A stretch of DNA of 64,000 bases from positions 243,660,001-243,724,000 of the forward strand of contig OZ024743.1 in NCBI GenBank assembly GCA_964016885.1, read 5' to 3'. The position numbers and the translations under genes were made by a program. The stretch is from Eledone cirrhosa (Eukaryota). The notes under the pieces are model-generated. The model ran no database searches, was not told the origin of the DNA, and saw only the letters and a program-made list of their open reading frames with translations. This document shows, piece by piece, positions 62,586-64,000 of this stretch (positions are counted from its first letter, which is position 1; every line of letters begins with the position of its first letter).

Positions 62586-63705
62586 CTAAAGTAAAGATAA
62601 AGAGATAATTAATGAGGACGTACAATTACTATTGATGACATGTAATCACTATTTATGACTTATAAATATTACTAATAACATCTAATTACTGTTGATGACA
62701 TTTAACATACATACTCAAATATAAGCCGAGAAATATGACCCCAAAAAGATCAATAGTAAAATGTGTGCGGGGGGCAGGGGGGTATATTAAAGGTCAATAT
62801 TTTGTTGATTTTCACCAACTTCAAATTCTACATAAATAAGGTGCTAAAATATCTGGAATGTTTATTTTACAATAAAACACTGTTTTTCTGCATTTTCTAC
62901 ATCATCATTGGTGTTATTTATACATTCTCTTGAAAATGTCTGGGAAGGGGGACACTAAACAAGCCCTGGGTTTTCTTCTCCAAGACACAAGCCTGATCAG
63001 GGTGGCTTTGTGGAAGACCAGCAATTGCCCATGCATGTCTCTTTTCTCAACCCCATTGATGTTGTCCAAGGAAAAAGAAAAGGCTGATACAGCTTGGTAT
63101 CAGAGTCATTGCATCATATTTTTTCCAGCTGAGTAGATTGGAGCAGTGTGAAATAAAGTGATTTACTCAAGGACACAATACATCTCCTGGTCTTAGAACT
63201 GAACTCACACACCTTCATATCTAAACTACATTTACACCTAATAAGTTTTATGGTCATATCATGTTGAAAGGAACAGTTCTCATCTGATCACTTAAGTAAG
63301 TAATGTCAAGTATAAATGGGTGACTGCTTGGTAAACCTAGGTGCTGTAAGCATCTTTCACGTTTTTGAAGATGATAAATTAAACTACAAGTCCAGTATGG
63401 TGGATTGATGGAATTGTTAGAACTTCAGACACCTTAAGATATTTGTTTTGGCTTTCTGTGTTCTGAGCTTAAATCCTGCTGTGGCCTACATGGGACGTAG
63501 ACTTAATCAGTTGCCAGGTTTAACACCACTACCTAGCCTTTGGGTGCTTTTAGCAGGGCCCACATCATTGCAAACATTCAGGCCAGGACTCTGGTTCAAA
63601 GATACCTCCTTCCCACCAGTCTCGGGCATGTGTAGAAGTGTCATTAACACTGCCTTTGCCTCCCTGAATAAACAGTGGAGGTAAAAAAAAAAAAAATAAA
63701 CTCAC

Positions 63706-63755
63706 CCTCTCAGTGCTTTGATAAACTTCATTCTTGAGTCTGCAATCTTGGGAAG
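63706..63755 (-). CDS. FANCA: FANCA coding exon (LPKIADSRMKFIKALR+GG), 50 nt, phase 0 to 2
   Basis: Acceptor ttcttccatttAG and donor GTgagt. The peptide resembles human FANCA LPKVPDSRVAFIESLKR (recalled). Phase joins the next exon. Confidence 0.9.
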
Positions 63756-64000
63756 CTAAATGGAAGAACATCTTAGATGAAATACGAATTTGAACCCACA
63801 ACATCGAGATCACAAGTTCAAATGGTACAAGTATTTTAAGGTAATTTTCCTTACTAAAGTAGGGGTTAGCCATGCAGGGCCTCATGACACATTTCTTTAT
63901 ATTGCCCTATCATCTGAATCACCCCCCTCATCAGTCCCCTGGCTTCTATTTCTTCTTCCATGATCTTTAGCCATGTCTTTCTTAGTCTTCATCTTCCTTC

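Noticed and set aside
63565-63885. 106-aa minus-strand ORF as a gene
   Set aside because: The FANCA-like 50-nt exon is in a different frame; the rest is intron or repeat sequence.

Overview
Animal nuclear DNA, most likely a coleoid cephalopod (octopus-like SINE and RTE families; inferred from memory, not searched). The minus strand carries 12 phase-consistent coding exons (63755 down to 2393, about 485 aa spliced) of a FANCA orthologue, mostly missed by the ORF track. One intron of about 45.8 kb (7395-53219) is almost entirely repeats. It holds a ~21.3 kb array of a 22-bp unit (9136-30480), a fold-back array of ~41-52-bp units (31550-32500) and a nest of young retroelements in (TA)n microsatellites (33-52 kb). 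The nest includes two RTE LINE families with a PHD-like finger inside the RT region and a partner tRNA-SINE. It also includes a Penelope-like element with ~1.15-kb inverted arms, each ending in a minimal hammerhead ribozyme; the RT ORF with a broken GIY-YIG lies on + and an intact GIY-YIG ORF on -. A second 769-bp palindrome carries its own hammerhead, and a non-autonomous Helitron retains a spliced STPR-like mini-ORF. Older mariner, piggyBac-like, pogo-like, hAT and CR1 remnants fill the other introns. Family assignments rest on motifs read by eye; no database searches were run.
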